The notes under the pieces were generated by a model. That model was not told the origin of the DNA. It saw nothing but the letters and a program-made list of their open reading frames with translations, and did no database searches. A program made the translations under genes and the position numbers. Shown here one piece after another: positions 21,085 through 31,952 of a stretch of DNA of 50,550 nt. The DNA comes from an uncultured Bacillota bacterium. GTDB taxonomy: Bacteria; Bacillota; Clostridia; Christensenellales; UBA1242. The stretch is taken from assembly GCA_949282835.1 (NCBI GenBank), contig CASDQU010000074.1:1-50550 (forward strand). The letters run 5' to 3'. Every line of letters begins with the position of its first letter. Positions within the stretch are counted from its first letter, which is position 1.

Positions 21085-23442
21085 TTATTCCCCTTTATAT
21101 CTCTCTTTCAAAAGCTTTAAGGTGTTATAAATTTTTGAATTATTTAAGTCGCTTTTAATATTTTTGTTGACCTTTAAAGTAAACTCTACATTATCTTCAA
21201 TACAAATTAGCCCAAGTTCATTAAAAACTAGAAGACTACTATAAAATGTATTAAAAGAGATTTGATTTTTAAAATCGCATTTATCAAATAGGTCAAATAC
21301 ATTGTATATATTCTTTCCTGCCTTTGCTGCTATAGCCTTAAATATTTTACCAAAAGTCTCTCTAGAAAGGTCTATTCCGCTAAATTTTCTCAAATTCTTA
21401 TCACTCTCTATTGGCGCATAAATAGTCGCATCGCTCACTTTGTTCAATGCAGCAATATATTTGTTATCTAAAATAGGCGAAAGAAATATGATCTTTGAAA
21501 AGTTCTTTGCCCAATTAACACCTTTAGGCGCTAGCAAAATGGAATTATATCCTACCTCATTATCACTATAAATACTAAATTGATAAATTCCTTTAGTATT
21601 ATAATCTTTTGCGAATTGGACATAGTCAAAACATGAGTAGGCAACAAAACATGTACCAAAAACACTTGTTGTAGTTAGTCCTACAAAAGACAACAGCTCT
21701 TCTTTTGGATATAGAGTATATTTTGCTTCACCTTTGCCATCTATCATAAGCTGATTTAATTCAATGGTATTAAGCTTTTTATATGCATCTTCCACTATAA
21801 AACTTCCACCATCAAACTGGTCAACAATACCTTTTAACGACCTTGGTTGAAATTCAAAAATAAAAGACTTTTGTCGTGAAAAGGTTATTTTATTTATATT
21901 ATTGACAAAGTTAAAATAGGTCAAATTCAAATTACCAATTTTAATAACGCAGTGTTGAGGAAATTTTCTCATTGGCTCTAACTTGATATCGCTTGCTGTG
22001 ATTTTAAATTTAGGTCTAGGATTTTCGCAGCCATAAGGTTCTAGCAAGCTAAGTTGTTTAATAAAATCTTCATTTATCTCGTCTGCCTCAATATCTTGGT
22101 CATAATATTTTATAGGAATAAATACATCATCACTGACATAATTCAAAGTAAAAGCATTGATTTTTTCGGCAAACTGCTGATAGTTCTCTACCTTTAAAGA
22201 CAGACCTGCCGCCATAGAATGCCCACCATATGTTTCTAAAATATCTTGCAAAGAAGACAAAAGCTGGTGTATATTAATGTCATTTATACTTCTGCCAGAG
22301 CCGCTTAAAATTCCCCTCTCTTCTGCAAATAGAAATACTGGCTTATGGTATTTTTCAACTAGTCTAGAACAAACTATACCAAGCACTCCTTTATCCCAAT
22401 CTTGAGATTTTAAAGAAATCACTCGCAAATTTTTTAAATCAAATTTTTCCAGTTGCTTTTCTGCGTCTTCATATATTTTATTACATATCTCTTGTCTTTT
22501 AGTATTATGATTTTTTATTTTTTCAAGAGCATTTTTAATCTTAACTGGGTCGCTCTCAAAATAAATCTTTAAAGAATCGCCAGCATCTCCCATTCTTCCA
22601 GAGGCATTTAGTTTTGGCCCAATTTTAAATGAAATATCAGTTGAATTTGGATTTGTTAAGCTGATATCATTCTCTTTAAACATCATCTTAAGCCCTATTG
22701 GCAAATATCTATCGCAAAGCTTCAATCCTTTATATACAATCGCCCTATTCTCTCCCTTTAATGGTACTATATCCACAATAGTGGCAATCGCAGCTATAGG
22801 TAAAAAAGCTTCCGCCTCTTTTTCGCCGAGCAAGGCTTGTGCAAATTTAAAGGCAACCCCTGTGCCACAAAGTTCTCTAAAAGGATACTCTTGCCCTTCA
22901 ATTTTTGCGTTTATTACAATGGTATCTGGAATTACCTGCGGGATTTCATGATGGTCTGTGACTATAATTTCAATGCCTTTATTCTTAGCATACTCAACCT
23001 CATTGTAACAAGAAATCCCACAATCTACTGTAATGATTAAATTGGGCATAAAAATATCAGCTATTTTATCAATAACCGCATTAGTTAGCCCATAACCATC
23101 AATATATCGATTTGGTAAATAAAAATCAGCATTTATTCCAAATTGTTTTAATGCTTTAAGCATAATAGCAGTGGCGCTTACACCGTCCACATCATAATCG
23201 CCAAAAATAAGTACTTTATCATTAAGTTGCTTTGCAAGTTTAACACGGCTAACTAGCTCCTCCATTCCATTAAGAAGCATAGGGTTATGCAATGTTTTAG
23301 GATTTAAATATTCTTCAAAAGCTTCCTCATTATTTATCCCTCTAGAAAGTATCAAATCAGCAATTCTTTGAGATAAATTAAATTTATTTGCAAAATATTG
23401 TACTTTATCGGCGTCTTTGTTAAAAAATTTCTTAAATATCAT
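21085..23442 (-). CDS. recJ: Single-stranded-DNA-specific exonuclease RecJ
   Basis: 785 aa; DHH motifs GDYDVDGVSA, DCG, VTDHH, and DHHA1 GGHSMAAG. Confidence 0.93.
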   Translation of the reverse strand: MIFKKFFNKDADKVQYFANKFNLSQRIADLILSRGINNEEAFEEYLNPKTLHNPMLLNGMEELVSRVKLAKQLNDKVLIFGDYDVDGVSATAIMLKALKQFGINADFYLPNRYIDGYGLTNAVIDKIADIFMPNLIITVDCGISCYNEVEYAKNKGIEIIVTDHHEIPQVIPDTIVINAKIEGQEYPFRELCGTGVAFKFAQALLGEKEAEAFLPIAAIATIVDIVPLKGENRAIVYKGLKLCDRYLPIGLKMMFKENDISLTNPNSTDISFKIGPKLNASGRMGDAGDSLKIYFESDPVKIKNALEKIKNHNTKRQEICNKIYEDAEKQLEKFDLKNLRVISLKSQDWDKGVLGIVCSRLVEKYHKPVFLFAEERGILSGSGRSINDINIHQLLSSLQDILETYGGHSMAAGLSLKVENYQQFAEKINAFTLNYVSDDVFIPIKYYDQDIEADEINEDFIKQLSLLEPYGCENPRPKFKITASDIKLEPMRKFPQHCVIKIGNLNLTYFNFVNNINKITFSRQKSFIFEFQPRSLKGIVDQFDGGSFIVEDAYKKLNTIELNQLMIDGKGEAKYTLYPKEELLSFVGLTTTSVFGTCFVAYSCFDYVQFAKDYNTKGIYQFSIYSDNEVGYNSILLAPKGVNWAKNFSKIIFLSPILDNKYIAALNKVSDATIYAPIESDKNLRKFSGIDLSRETFGKIFKAIAAKAGKNIYNVFDLFDKCDFKNQISFNTFYSSLLVFNELGLICIEDNVEFTLKVNKNIKSDLNNSKIYNTLKLLKERYKGE

Positions 23443-23510
23443 ATCGCCTTACTCTTTATGGTTTAATTATATTATATTGAAATAAATTAGGCAAGCTTTT
23501 TCAAGGCAAA

Positions 23511-23539
23511 ATAAAAAAATCATACTTATATGTATGATT
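23511..23539 (-). terminator. Terminator at the end of the dnaG-sigA-zinc ribbon gene unit
   Basis: Minus strand AATCATAC-ATATAA-GTATGATT followed by TTTTTTTATTTT. Confidence 0.6.
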
Positions 23540-23549
23540 TTGAGAATTG

Positions 23550-24248
23550 TTAAATCTTATAAATAACTCTATGACAATGTTCGCAACTAAGTATTCCATC
23601 ACTTTCAAGTTTTGCAATATTGGCATAAGGAAGCTCCATATGACAACCACCGCAGCTATGTCCTTTCAATTCAACAAAAACTGGGAAAATGTTTTCTTTT
23701 CTTCGTTTTTCATAGGCTTCAATGAGTTTAGGTTCAATCTTCTTTGCCAAGTTTTTAAGTTCGCTTTCAATTTTTGCCTTCCTCTGTTCTACCGATTTTA
23801 CATCGCTATCATAGTTTTCCTTAAACTTTGAATACTGCTCTTTTGCACTATTAAATGTCTTTATAGTTTTATTGAAATCGCTTAACACTAAATTCATGCT
23901 TTCTGCAAGAGAAGATAAATTTTTATCAAGAATATTTAAATTTTGGCTTAGCTTATCTTTTAAAGACAAAAGCTTGTCAACCTCTTCTTTTTCTAAAGAA
24001 TTTATATCTTGACTGAGCAGCTGTTCAATTTTATCTTGCTGAATTTTAAATTGTTTTTTTACCTTGTCAATATCAGCTAATAATTCACTTGCCTTTTCTT
24101 CTAGCTTGATTGAGCGAGCCTGAGCATTCTTCATATTTTCGCGCATAACATTAGCATTCTTTTTGTTTATATTTTCGCGAAGCTGTTTTTCTATTTTAAA
24201 TAATTCGCTATCAAGTTCTTGATAACTCAAAATACTTTTAATGTCCAT
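23550..24248 (-). CDS. Coiled-coil protein with a C-terminal C4 zinc ribbon (COG1579 / DUF164 type)
   Basis: 232 aa; long heptad-rich region, then CGGCHMELP...CEHCHRVIY. Confidence 0.75.
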   Translation of the reverse strand: MDIKSILSYQELDSELFKIEKQLRENINKKNANVMRENMKNAQARSIKLEEKASELLADIDKVKKQFKIQQDKIEQLLSQDINSLEKEEVDKLLSLKDKLSQNLNILDKNLSSLAESMNLVLSDFNKTIKTFNSAKEQYSKFKENYDSDVKSVEQRKAKIESELKNLAKKIEPKLIEAYEKRRKENIFPVFVELKGHSCGGCHMELPYANIAKLESDGILSCEHCHRVIYKI

Positions 24249-24256
24249 TATTCCTC

Positions 24257-25321
24257 CTAATCATCTATAAAATCAATCAATTTTTTACTTCTATTTGGAT
24301 GTTTTAATTTGCGCAATGCTTTTGCTTCAATTTGTCTAATACGCTCTCTTGTAACACTAAATTCTCGTCCAACCTCTTCTAGGGTCTTACTTTTGCCATC
24401 AATAAGTCCATATCTTTCTCTAATAACCTGTTGTTCTCTAGGCGTAAGTGTTTCAATGACGGCAAGTAATTGTTCATGCAGCAATTTTTGCGATGCAATT
24501 TCCATTGGGCTCTTGGCTGACTCGTCTTCAATAAAATCACTCATTTTACTATCTTCTTCCTCACCAATAGGCGTTTCCAAAGAGACAGGGTCTAGCGCGC
24601 TTTTTTGAATTTCTACAATTTTACTTTCGCTTATACCCATTGCCTGAGCCACCTCTTCAATAGTTGGTTCACGAGAAAGTTTCTGAGTTAGCGCTCTTAC
24701 AGTTCTACCATATCGGTTAATAGTTTCCACCATATGGACAGGAAGCCTGATTGTTCTAGATTGGTCAGCAATAGCTCTTGTAATAGCCTGTTTTATCCAC
24801 CAAGTGGCATAAGTTGAAAATCTAAATCCCTTGGTGTAATCAAATTTTTCAACAGCTCGCAAAAGTCCCATATTACCTTCTTGAATAAGGTCAAGAAAGG
24901 AAAGTGAATTGGTATTTGCCCAGCGTTTTGCAATAGAAACAACAAGTCTCAAATTCGCTTGACATAACCTTGCCTTGGCCTCTTCGTTACCCTCTAAAAT
25001 CTTTTTAGCAAGTTCTATTTCCTCATCAGATGAGAGCAATGGCACTTTGCCGATATCTTTTAAATACATTTTAACAGGGTCGTCAACTGCAGCAAATCCT
25101 GAAAAATCATTAAGGTCAACATCGACATCTTTTTCATAATCACTTTTGATAACTTTGATTTTATTGCGTTTTAAATTTTCTATAAACTTTTGAATTTCAG
25201 TAGCTGACAATTCCTCATATTTTAAAAGACGAGAATAAATTTCCTCTATATTGATAGAGCCCTTTTTTGTCGCAACATCTGAAATTTTTTTCATTTCAAG
25301 TTCAATTCTACTATCTGCCAT
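24257..25321 (-). CDS. sigA: Primary RNA polymerase sigma factor SigA/RpoD
   Basis: Region 2 [17 protein letters not shown], region 4.2 [27 protein letters not shown]. Immediately downstream of dnaG. Confidence 0.96.
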   Translation of the reverse strand: MADSRIELEMKKISDVATKKGSINIEEIYSRLLKYEELSATEIQKFIENLKRNKIKVIKSDYEKDVDVDLNDFSGFAAVDDPVKMYLKDIGKVPLLSSDEEIELAKKILEGNEEAKARLCQANLRLVVSIAKRWANTNSLSFLDLIQEGNMGLLRAVEKFDYTKGFRFSTYATWWIKQAITRAIADQSRTIRLPVHMVETINRYGRTVRALTQKLSREPTIEEVAQAMGISESKIVEIQKSALDPVSLETPIGEEEDSKMSDFIEDESAKSPMEIASQKLLHEQLLAVIETLTPREQQVIRERYGLIDGKSKTLEEVGREFSVTRERIRQIEAKALRKLKHPNRSKKLIDFIDD

Positions 25322-27083
25322 AGAATTCCTCCAAATTTTTCCCTTTTAATTGCTTATTTATTTTATTTATTTCAAGCATTATTTCTTGCCGCCTTGTTTC
25401 ATCTTGACAAGAATTAAATTCTTTAAAAAGTGGCTTTTGTTTCTCTAATAAATAATTACTTGCTACCAACCACAAACTTTCATTAAAATATTTTGCATTA
25501 TTTTCGTTATCTTCTATCTCATAAGTTATACAATCTTTGAGTAGTGGCATTGAATCGATATCAAGATAATCAAAATATGAAGATATTTTAGTTCCTTTTT
25601 TTGCAAGGTCAATCACCTCGCTATATCTAGGAAGCAGTTTTTTATAATCAATATCTTTATCTACATAGCTCTTATTATAAATCAATGAACCAAGTATGAA
25701 CTTTATAGCCTTAATATTGCCATTTTCCCTTGAAATTAAAACACTTTCCTCACTTTTTTCTTCTTCAGTTTTAGCTTGTCCGCTTTTGATTTTTTCAAGG
25801 TCTCGCCTTAAAATATCAATAGGTATATTTGTTAGTTTTTTAATTTTTTCTATATAAGGTTCTTGAGCGCTATCTAATTTTAATTTACTTATTTGCATAA
25901 GTGCATTTGAAACAAATTTCCCTTGCTCTTGCGCATTATTTAAATCGTAATTTTTCATATCGGTTTCTATTAAATAATCTGTAGGAGGAAGAGCATTTTC
26001 TATAATTTGTTGCATTTTTTCTTTGCCATATTCTTTGATTATTTCATCTGGGTCTTTCCCTTCTGGTAAAGAGGCTATTTTAATTTCAAAACCCTGTTCA
26101 TCTAAAATATCAATACTTCTTTTTGTGGCTTTAATTCCAGCGCTATCTCCATCAAAACACAAACAAACTTTATTCGATAATTTCTTAAGTTCATGAGCAT
26201 TTTCTTTGGTAAGAGCCGTTCCCATACATGCCACAGTATTTTTAAAACCAGCCCTATGCATAGCAATAACATCTATCTGTCCTTCAACAATAACTATCTT
26301 ATCTAAACCCTCTTTTTGTTTGAGTGCTTTTACAAGATTGATACCAAAAACTACTCGACCTTTTTGAAAAAGCAAAGTTTCTGCAGTATTTTTATATTTG
26401 GCATAATCGGTTGGCACTAAAATTCTCGCACTAAAGCCAATACATTCATTAAAGGAGTTAAAAATAGGGAAAATAAGCCGCTGCGCCATCACATCATAAT
26501 AATGATTATTTTTGAATTGCGCAACTCCTGCATCAAGCATTTCATTATATGTAAAGCCCTTTTTTAGCAAATAATCTATTGCCTCTGTCCAATCAAGAGA
26601 ATAGCCAATTTTAAAATCTTCAAGTTCGCGTTTGGTAAATGCTCTTTTCTTAACATATTCTTGAGCTAGCTTAGCTTCCTTTAAATACAAGTTCTGTTGA
26701 TAGTGTTTGTAAAGTTCTTCCAATAATTTAAGCAATCTGTCTCTCTTATGTTTTTTCTCGACTATATCGCCCTCTCCACTAAATTCAGGCACTTGCATAT
26801 TAGCATTTTTAGCAAGAATGTTTACCGCTTGCGAAAAATCACAAGATTCATATTTCATGACAAAAGAAATTACATCCCCACTTTCTTTGCATCCAAAACA
26901 ATAGAAAAATCCTTCATCTTCATTTACAGTAAAAGAAGGAGTTTTTTCATTATGAAAAGGACAGCAAGCCCAAAACTTCCCGCCTTTTTTTTCTAAATGT
27001 ACATATCTGCCGATAATAGAAACTATATTATTCTTTTGTTTCAACTGATAAAGCCAATCTGCTGGATATCCCTTATTTTGCAA
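25311..27083 (-). CDS. dnaG: DNA primase DnaG
   Basis: Zinc finger [14 protein letters not shown]...CFGC and [14 protein letters not shown]...DGDSAG. Overlaps sigA by 11 nt. Confidence 0.95.
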   Translation of the reverse strand: MQNKGYPADWLYQLKQKNNIVSIIGRYVHLEKKGGKFWACCPFHNEKTPSFTVNEDEGFFYCFGCKESGDVISFVMKYESCDFSQAVNILAKNANMQVPEFSGEGDIVEKKHKRDRLLKLLEELYKHYQQNLYLKEAKLAQEYVKKRAFTKRELEDFKIGYSLDWTEAIDYLLKKGFTYNEMLDAGVAQFKNNHYYDVMAQRLIFPIFNSFNECIGFSARILVPTDYAKYKNTAETLLFQKGRVVFGINLVKALKQKEGLDKIVIVEGQIDVIAMHRAGFKNTVACMGTALTKENAHELKKLSNKVCLCFDGDSAGIKATKRSIDILDEQGFEIKIASLPEGKDPDEIIKEYGKEKMQQIIENALPPTDYLIETDMKNYDLNNAQEQGKFVSNALMQISKLKLDSAQEPYIEKIKKLTNIPIDILRRDLEKIKSGQAKTEEEKSEESVLISRENGNIKAIKFILGSLIYNKSYVDKDIDYKKLLPRYSEVIDLAKKGTKISSYFDYLDIDSMPLLKDCITYEIEDNENNAKYFNESLWLVASNYLLEKQKPLFKEFNSCQDETRRQEIMLEINKINKQLKGKNLEEFYGR

Positions 27084-27336
27084 CTTAAATTACTCCTACT
27101 TTATGCTTTTAATTTTATTATACTACAAACTTTGTTTATTTCCTCTTTAAATATATAAAAATAACTAAATTATTTCAAAATAATAAAAGTTTTGACAAAA
27201 CGCTGAAATGATTATTCTTTAACATAACAACTATTTTTAGTATAATATTTATTTTGATACTATTTAAATCTATCTTTCGACATCTTTTACAAAAAGCAAA
27301 TAAATTGTAACAAAAAAATAATTTTATGTAAAGTAA

Positions 27337-27605
27337 ATAATATAAATTATGTGATGTTAAAATTTAAACAAGTTAAATTTTAATTTTGCTAATGCAAAAA
27401 CACAATAAATTGTGTCATCACATAATTTGTATAAACATCAGCCTCACCCTTGCAAGCAAGTTCGGCTTCCGATAATATAAACTTTGGATGTTAAAATTTA
27501 AACAAGTTAAATTTTAATTTTGCTAACGCAAAAAACATAATAAATTGTGTCATCACATAATTTGTATAAACATCAGCCTCACCTTGCAAGCAAGTTCGGC
27601 TTCAA
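27337..27605. repeat. Tandem direct repeat, about 2 copies of a 134-bp unit (117-bp cores at 27353-27469 and 27487-27603)
   Basis: By eye the cores differ by 2 substitutions and 2 single-base indels. Each contains several short hairpins (AAAATTTAA/TTAAATTTT; TTTTGC/GCAAAA; ACACA/TGTGT). Confidence 0.85.
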
Positions 27606-27758
27606 TAATTTTATAACCCAATTTGCCTATAAGCATAAATGATGGAGAAAACTTCTATAAAGATAAAATAATAAAATTAGCCTATATATTTATAATTATA
27701 ATTCAAAAGTTATTTTTTCATAATTATTTTAAGAAAAATTTCAATTAATATAAATCTA

Positions 27759-28424
27759 CTAAATTATTTGACCCTGCAGATATATTTCTGGGATTTCGCC
27801 AACTATCACACTTTCACAAAGCAAAACCTCAAGATTTGTAGTAAAATTCTGCGTCATACCAGGAAGCACCATACCTATAATCGTAGAAACAACAAAATAT
27901 AATCTATGAAGTGTTTGATTAATTCCAGCCGAAACAAAATTTGATTTTACATTTGTCTGTACAGAGCCGACTGGAACTAAGTTTATATTAATATTAGGGC
28001 CATAGCCAAACAAAAAAGGTATCCCACTAAATGTACCTAGAGAAATATCTATTCCATTTTCGCCCAGTTTATCAAATTCTTCTTGAACAAGTTTTGTAAT
28101 TTCTCTAATTAAAAGATTGACCTCAACAGTATCAACCTCTATCAATTCAATTTTGTCATTTGTGTCTTTAACTATATGAACTATTTTGTCATAACTGGTA
28201 TTTTCATCAGCCATAACATTACCAACAACACTACTTATTGACGCTGTCGCAATAGACCTAGCCTTTTCTTCGCTCAGCCCAACTACTATAGGGCAAACAA
28301 CTTTAAAGTAATAAAAAAAAGATAGCACCACTAAAGACAACAAAATTGCTATTACTATTCTCCACTTTGCTTTCCTTGAAAGCTTTATCCTCTTTTTAAT
28401 CTTAAAAGCTTGATATCTCTCCAT
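27759..28424 (-). CDS. yunB: Sporulation protein YunB
   Basis: 221 aa; N-terminal TM and overall similarity to the YunB family (..IELIEVDTVEVNLL...GIPFLFGYGP...). Adjacent to the spoVA genes. Confidence 0.7.
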   Translation of the reverse strand: MERYQAFKIKKRIKLSRKAKWRIVIAILLSLVVLSFFYYFKVVCPIVVGLSEEKARSIATASISSVVGNVMADENTSYDKIVHIVKDTNDKIELIEVDTVEVNLLIREITKLVQEEFDKLGENGIDISLGTFSGIPFLFGYGPNININLVPVGSVQTNVKSNFVSAGINQTLHRLYFVVSTIIGMVLPGMTQNFTTNLEVLLCESVIVGEIPEIYLQGQII

Positions 28425-28510
28425 ATCTTACTTATATGATAAAGAAGATAAAAATTTGACTAATATCTAATTAATACAATATATTGTGTCTATTACAATC
28501 ATAATACACA

Positions 28511-28867
28511 CTAATTTTTGGTTTTTGATTTGAATATCAAGCTAAAAATAAAAGCAAAAATTATTGCTGCTGCTATTCCTCCAGCAGTCGCCTCAAGCCC
28601 TCCAGTAAATGCACCTAAAAGTCCTTTTGCCTTTACAGCAGAGATAGCACCTTTAGCAAGCGAAGCTCCAAAACCAATGATTGGCACATTCACACCCGCC
28701 CTAGCGAAGGTGGAAATGGGGTCAAAAATGTTAAATGCTTGTAAAACAACTCCAATAAGCACAAAAGTCACAAGTATTCTTGCTGAGGTGATATTTGTAT
28801 AAATAATTAAAACTTGCCCAAGCATACATATGAAGCCACCTATCAAAAACACCCAAAGATAATACAT
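28511..28867 (-). CDS. spoVAE: Stage V sporulation protein AE (SpoVAEB-type)
   Basis: 118 aa; ...PIIGFGASLAKGA...GGLEATAGGIAAAI. Follows spoVAD. Confidence 0.88.
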   Translation of the reverse strand: MYYLWVFLIGGFICMLGQVLIIYTNITSARILVTFVLIGVVLQAFNIFDPISTFARAGVNVPIIGFGASLAKGAISAVKAKGLLGAFTGGLEATAGGIAAAIIFAFIFSLIFKSKTKN

Positions 28868-28875
28868 AACACCTC

Positions 28876-29946
28876 CTACTTCTTTTTTGCGACTTCTTTT
28901 TTATTTTGCATCTTTTGTTTTTGCTTTTTATTTTCACTTTTGGCACATTCTTCACTTTCAAGCACAATAGCATGACAAACTCCCGGGATTGTTTCTCCCT
29001 GCTGGGTGGCTGTTGTAGACATGAGCGCCCCTGTTGGCAAGAATAATACCCGCTTATACTCGCCACTCCTTAATTTCTGTATTATAAATGAGTTTAACAC
29101 ACTTGCGCTACAGCCACACCCACTTCCTCCACACAAGGTATTTTGACTTCTAGTAAAAAACATCTGCCCACAATCTTTATAATTAAGCCCTAATTTTATC
29201 CCATTATCTTCCATAAGGTCTATTAATATTTCACTACCTAATTTCCCTAAATCACCCGTTGCAATCAAATCATAATCATCTGGTGTTGTGTTTGTATCTT
29301 TAAAATGCGCAAGTAAAGTATCCATTGCCGCAGGTGCCATTGCCGCTCCCATGTTGTTGACATCGCTAATCCCCCAATCTACCACTTTCCCGAAAGTCGC
29401 CATTGTTATTCTAGGGCCCTTCCCTTCGTTTGCAATAACACAAGCTCCCGCTCCAGTAACCGTCCATTGAGAAGTTGGCGGACGCTGATTACCAAGCTCT
29501 AACGGAAATCTAAACTGGCGCTCTGCCGTACTAAAATGTGAGGCAGTTGAGCAAACTACAGTATCAAATTCGCCTCCATCAACTAGGCTTGCTCCAATAG
29601 CCAAACTTTCAGCAATAGTAGAACAAGCGCTAAAAAGACCAAGATAGGCAAAGTTAAAATATCTTGCAGCATAGGAAGATGAAATAATTTGGTTTAATAA
29701 ATCGCCTGCTAACATCAAATTTATATCACTTGGCTTTATCTTGGCATCTTCTATAGCACCTATCACTGCACTTTGCAACATCTTTTTCTCAGCCTTCTCA
29801 TAGCTCTCTTCTCCAAAACTGTCATCTTTCATTACATAATTAAAATATCGTCCAAAATTACCTTTCCCTTCTTTTGGACCAACAATAGAATAACTCCCTA
29901 TTATAACTGGCTTATGCCTAAACACAACAGTTTGATGTATATGCAT
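28876..29946 (-). CDS. spoVAD: Stage V sporulation protein AD, with a lysine-rich C-terminal tail
   Basis: Thiolase-like fold motifs (GDLLNQ, FSACST, GGSGCGCSA). 356 aa, of which roughly the last 25 aa are a K/Q-rich extension. Confidence 0.9.
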   Translation of the reverse strand: MHIHQTVVFRHKPVIIGSYSIVGPKEGKGNFGRYFNYVMKDDSFGEESYEKAEKKMLQSAVIGAIEDAKIKPSDINLMLAGDLLNQIISSSYAARYFNFAYLGLFSACSTIAESLAIGASLVDGGEFDTVVCSTASHFSTAERQFRFPLELGNQRPPTSQWTVTGAGACVIANEGKGPRITMATFGKVVDWGISDVNNMGAAMAPAAMDTLLAHFKDTNTTPDDYDLIATGDLGKLGSEILIDLMEDNGIKLGLNYKDCGQMFFTRSQNTLCGGSGCGCSASVLNSFIIQKLRSGEYKRVLFLPTGALMSTTATQQGETIPGVCHAIVLESEECAKSENKKQKQKMQNKKEVAKKK

Positions 29947-29955
29947 CTTCTCTCC

Positions 29956-30408
29956 TTATAAAAATAAATAAATTATTCCAACGACTATACTTGCAACCAC
30001 GCCAGTTACAATTACAGGCCCTGCGACAGTAAACATCTTTACACAAATTCCATATATTATTCCTTCATGTTTAAACTCTAAAGCGGGCGATGTTATTGAG
30101 TTTGAAAACCCTGTTATAGGCACTATAGACCCTCCGCCTGCGAATTTACCTATTTTATCGTAAACTCCTATACCTGTTAGAAATGACGCCAAAAATATAA
30201 GCGCTATCAAAGTATAAGCCCAAGCATTAGCTTGCGCCATGTTTGGAAATGCTAGCAAAATTAAATCGTTGATACCTTGCCCTATACAACAAATAACTCC
30301 TCCCACCCAAAAAGAATTAAAAAGACTTGGCCAAGGTTTGGTCTTGGGTATTTTTTCTTTTACATATTTGTTATAGGCTTCATTTCTTTTTTTAATGTCT
30401 TTATCCAT
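29956..30408 (-). CDS. spoVAC: Stage V sporulation protein AC
   Basis: 150 aa; FWVGGVICCIGQG...GGGSIVPITGFSNS. Confidence 0.9.
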   Translation of the reverse strand: MDKDIKKRNEAYNKYVKEKIPKTKPWPSLFNSFWVGGVICCIGQGINDLILLAFPNMAQANAWAYTLIALIFLASFLTGIGVYDKIGKFAGGGSIVPITGFSNSITSPALEFKHEGIIYGICVKMFTVAGPVIVTGVVASIVVGIIYLFL

Positions 30409-30515
30409 ATATTACCTCTTTTTGGTTATTGACAAAAAAACTAAAAAATATAACAAAATTTTGTTTTCAAGAATAATAACTTCAATCTTAAGCAAACTAT
30501 TTAAAGGAGGAAATT

Positions 30516-31895
30516 ATGAAAAAAATCTTATTATCGTTACTATGTATTTTTGTGGCAATTTTAATGGTAGGATGCTCTTCGTCAAGCGATGCAAAAGCAT
30601 TAAAAGAACTAGAAAATCAATTAGCTAAAACTGAAAGCGTAGTCAGTTCCACAAGCACAAGCGAGGTAAGCGAAGTAAGTCCAAAACTCAATTATAGTAG
30701 CGAGGAAAATCAAATCAACAATTTAAGAAATAGAGCATATAATGATATGCTACTTGAAGAAAATCTTAGGCAAGATGTATTGTCTCTTAGTGCATATTTA
30801 AAAGATAGCCAAATCAATAACAAATATAAACTTGCAAAAAAAGCAGCAGCGTCTTTAAATGAACTTACCAACAATCTTGAGAAATATACCAATTACTTGC
30901 ATGATACTAAAGGCGATGTCAAATCTTCAGTCAAGAGAATAAAAAAATATACCAGCGTGAATAGTGTTAGCCCTTCACAAGCCATTAGCGGCTACACCTC
31001 TTTAGCTAATACCATGATGGAAAGAAATGCCTATATGCACAATATCTTAGTTACCCTTGAAGAAATAACCAATCTTTTAAATAACAACATCACTAAGCAA
31101 TCTAACCAAAACAATAATCAAATTAATCAAGGACAAACTGGTAATTATAGCAACTACAATTATGATTATAAGCCTAACTATTTAGGTCAAAATTCAAATA
31201 TTGAAAATGAAAACAACCTAATTAATAATAACAACTTTGATTATAACACAAATAACCAAAACAATAATTTAACCAATTACAATGATATCAATAAAAACAA
31301 TTCACAAACAAACAATCAAAATGATGAAATAGACACAAAAAAACATAAACCTTTTATAAAAAAGAATATAGACTCATATAATCCTTATTCTAAAGAAAAT
31401 TTAACTGATAAAAATCAGAACATCGATAATACAACAAGTGAAAATAATATAAATAATGACGGCTATAATTATATGCCAAATCAAAAGAGTGGAAATTACA
31501 ATTATAGATATAATCGAATAAACCCAAATAGAAATACCGATAGCTATCGCGCCTACTTTTCAAATATAGATACTTATAGATATTTCCCTAATAGATATAA
31601 CAGAAATTTAACAACACCAGTTTCTTGCAATAAAGAAGATAAACAAGAAGAAAATCAATCTAAAAGCGAAAATAACAAAAATCAAGTTATCCAAACTCTT
31701 CCTTTAAAAGATGAAGAAAAAATGAAAGAAGATAATAGAAAAGAAATAAATAAAAATTTAGAAAGTGATAGTTCGTTAACTTTTAACCTATTAAAACAAT
31801 TTCACAAGGGTCGAAAAATTGATGACAAAAAGGATATTGAAGATAAATTTGGACATATGAAAGAAATTGTTATATTTTACAACTTAAATCAATAA
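30516..31895 (+). CDS. Asn-rich lipoprotein of unknown function
   Basis: Signal peptide plus lipobox LMVGC-SSSS and an AGGAGG RBS. The central ~230 aa are N/Q/Y-rich low complexity. Confidence 0.75.
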   Translation: MKKILLSLLCIFVAILMVGCSSSSDAKALKELENQLAKTESVVSSTSTSEVSEVSPKLNYSSEENQINNLRNRAYNDMLLEENLRQDVLSLSAYLKDSQINNKYKLAKKAAASLNELTNNLEKYTNYLHDTKGDVKSSVKRIKKYTSVNSVSPSQAISGYTSLANTMMERNAYMHNILVTLEEITNLLNNNITKQSNQNNNQINQGQTGNYSNYNYDYKPNYLGQNSNIENENNLINNNNFDYNTNNQNNNLTNYNDINKNNSQTNNQNDEIDTKKHKPFIKKNIDSYNPYSKENLTDKNQNIDNTTSENNINNDGYNYMPNQKSGNYNYRYNRINPNRNTDSYRAYFSNIDTYRYFPNRYNRNLTTPVSCNKEDKQEENQSKSENNKNQVIQTLPLKDEEKMKEDNRKEINKNLESDSSLTFNLLKQFHKGRKIDDKKDIEDKFGHMKEIVIFYNLNQ

Positions 31896-31952
31896 AAAGA
31901 TAGCAAATACGCTATCTTTTATGTTGTAAAGTAAACAACCTACTATATATAG

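Noticed and set aside
28731-29066. 111-aa minus-strand ORF overlapping the spoVAD/spoVAE junction in another frame.
   Set aside because: It overlaps two well-supported conserved genes and its product is a Cys/Lys/Ser-rich out-of-frame translation. It is spurious.
30409-30515. Sigma-G/F-type promoter upstream of spoVAC, and sigma-H / Spo0A boxes upstream of spoIIAA (33438-33530).
   Set aside because: I could not find convincing matches to the consensus elements by eye in these AT-rich spacers. Calling them would be guesswork without a PWM scan.
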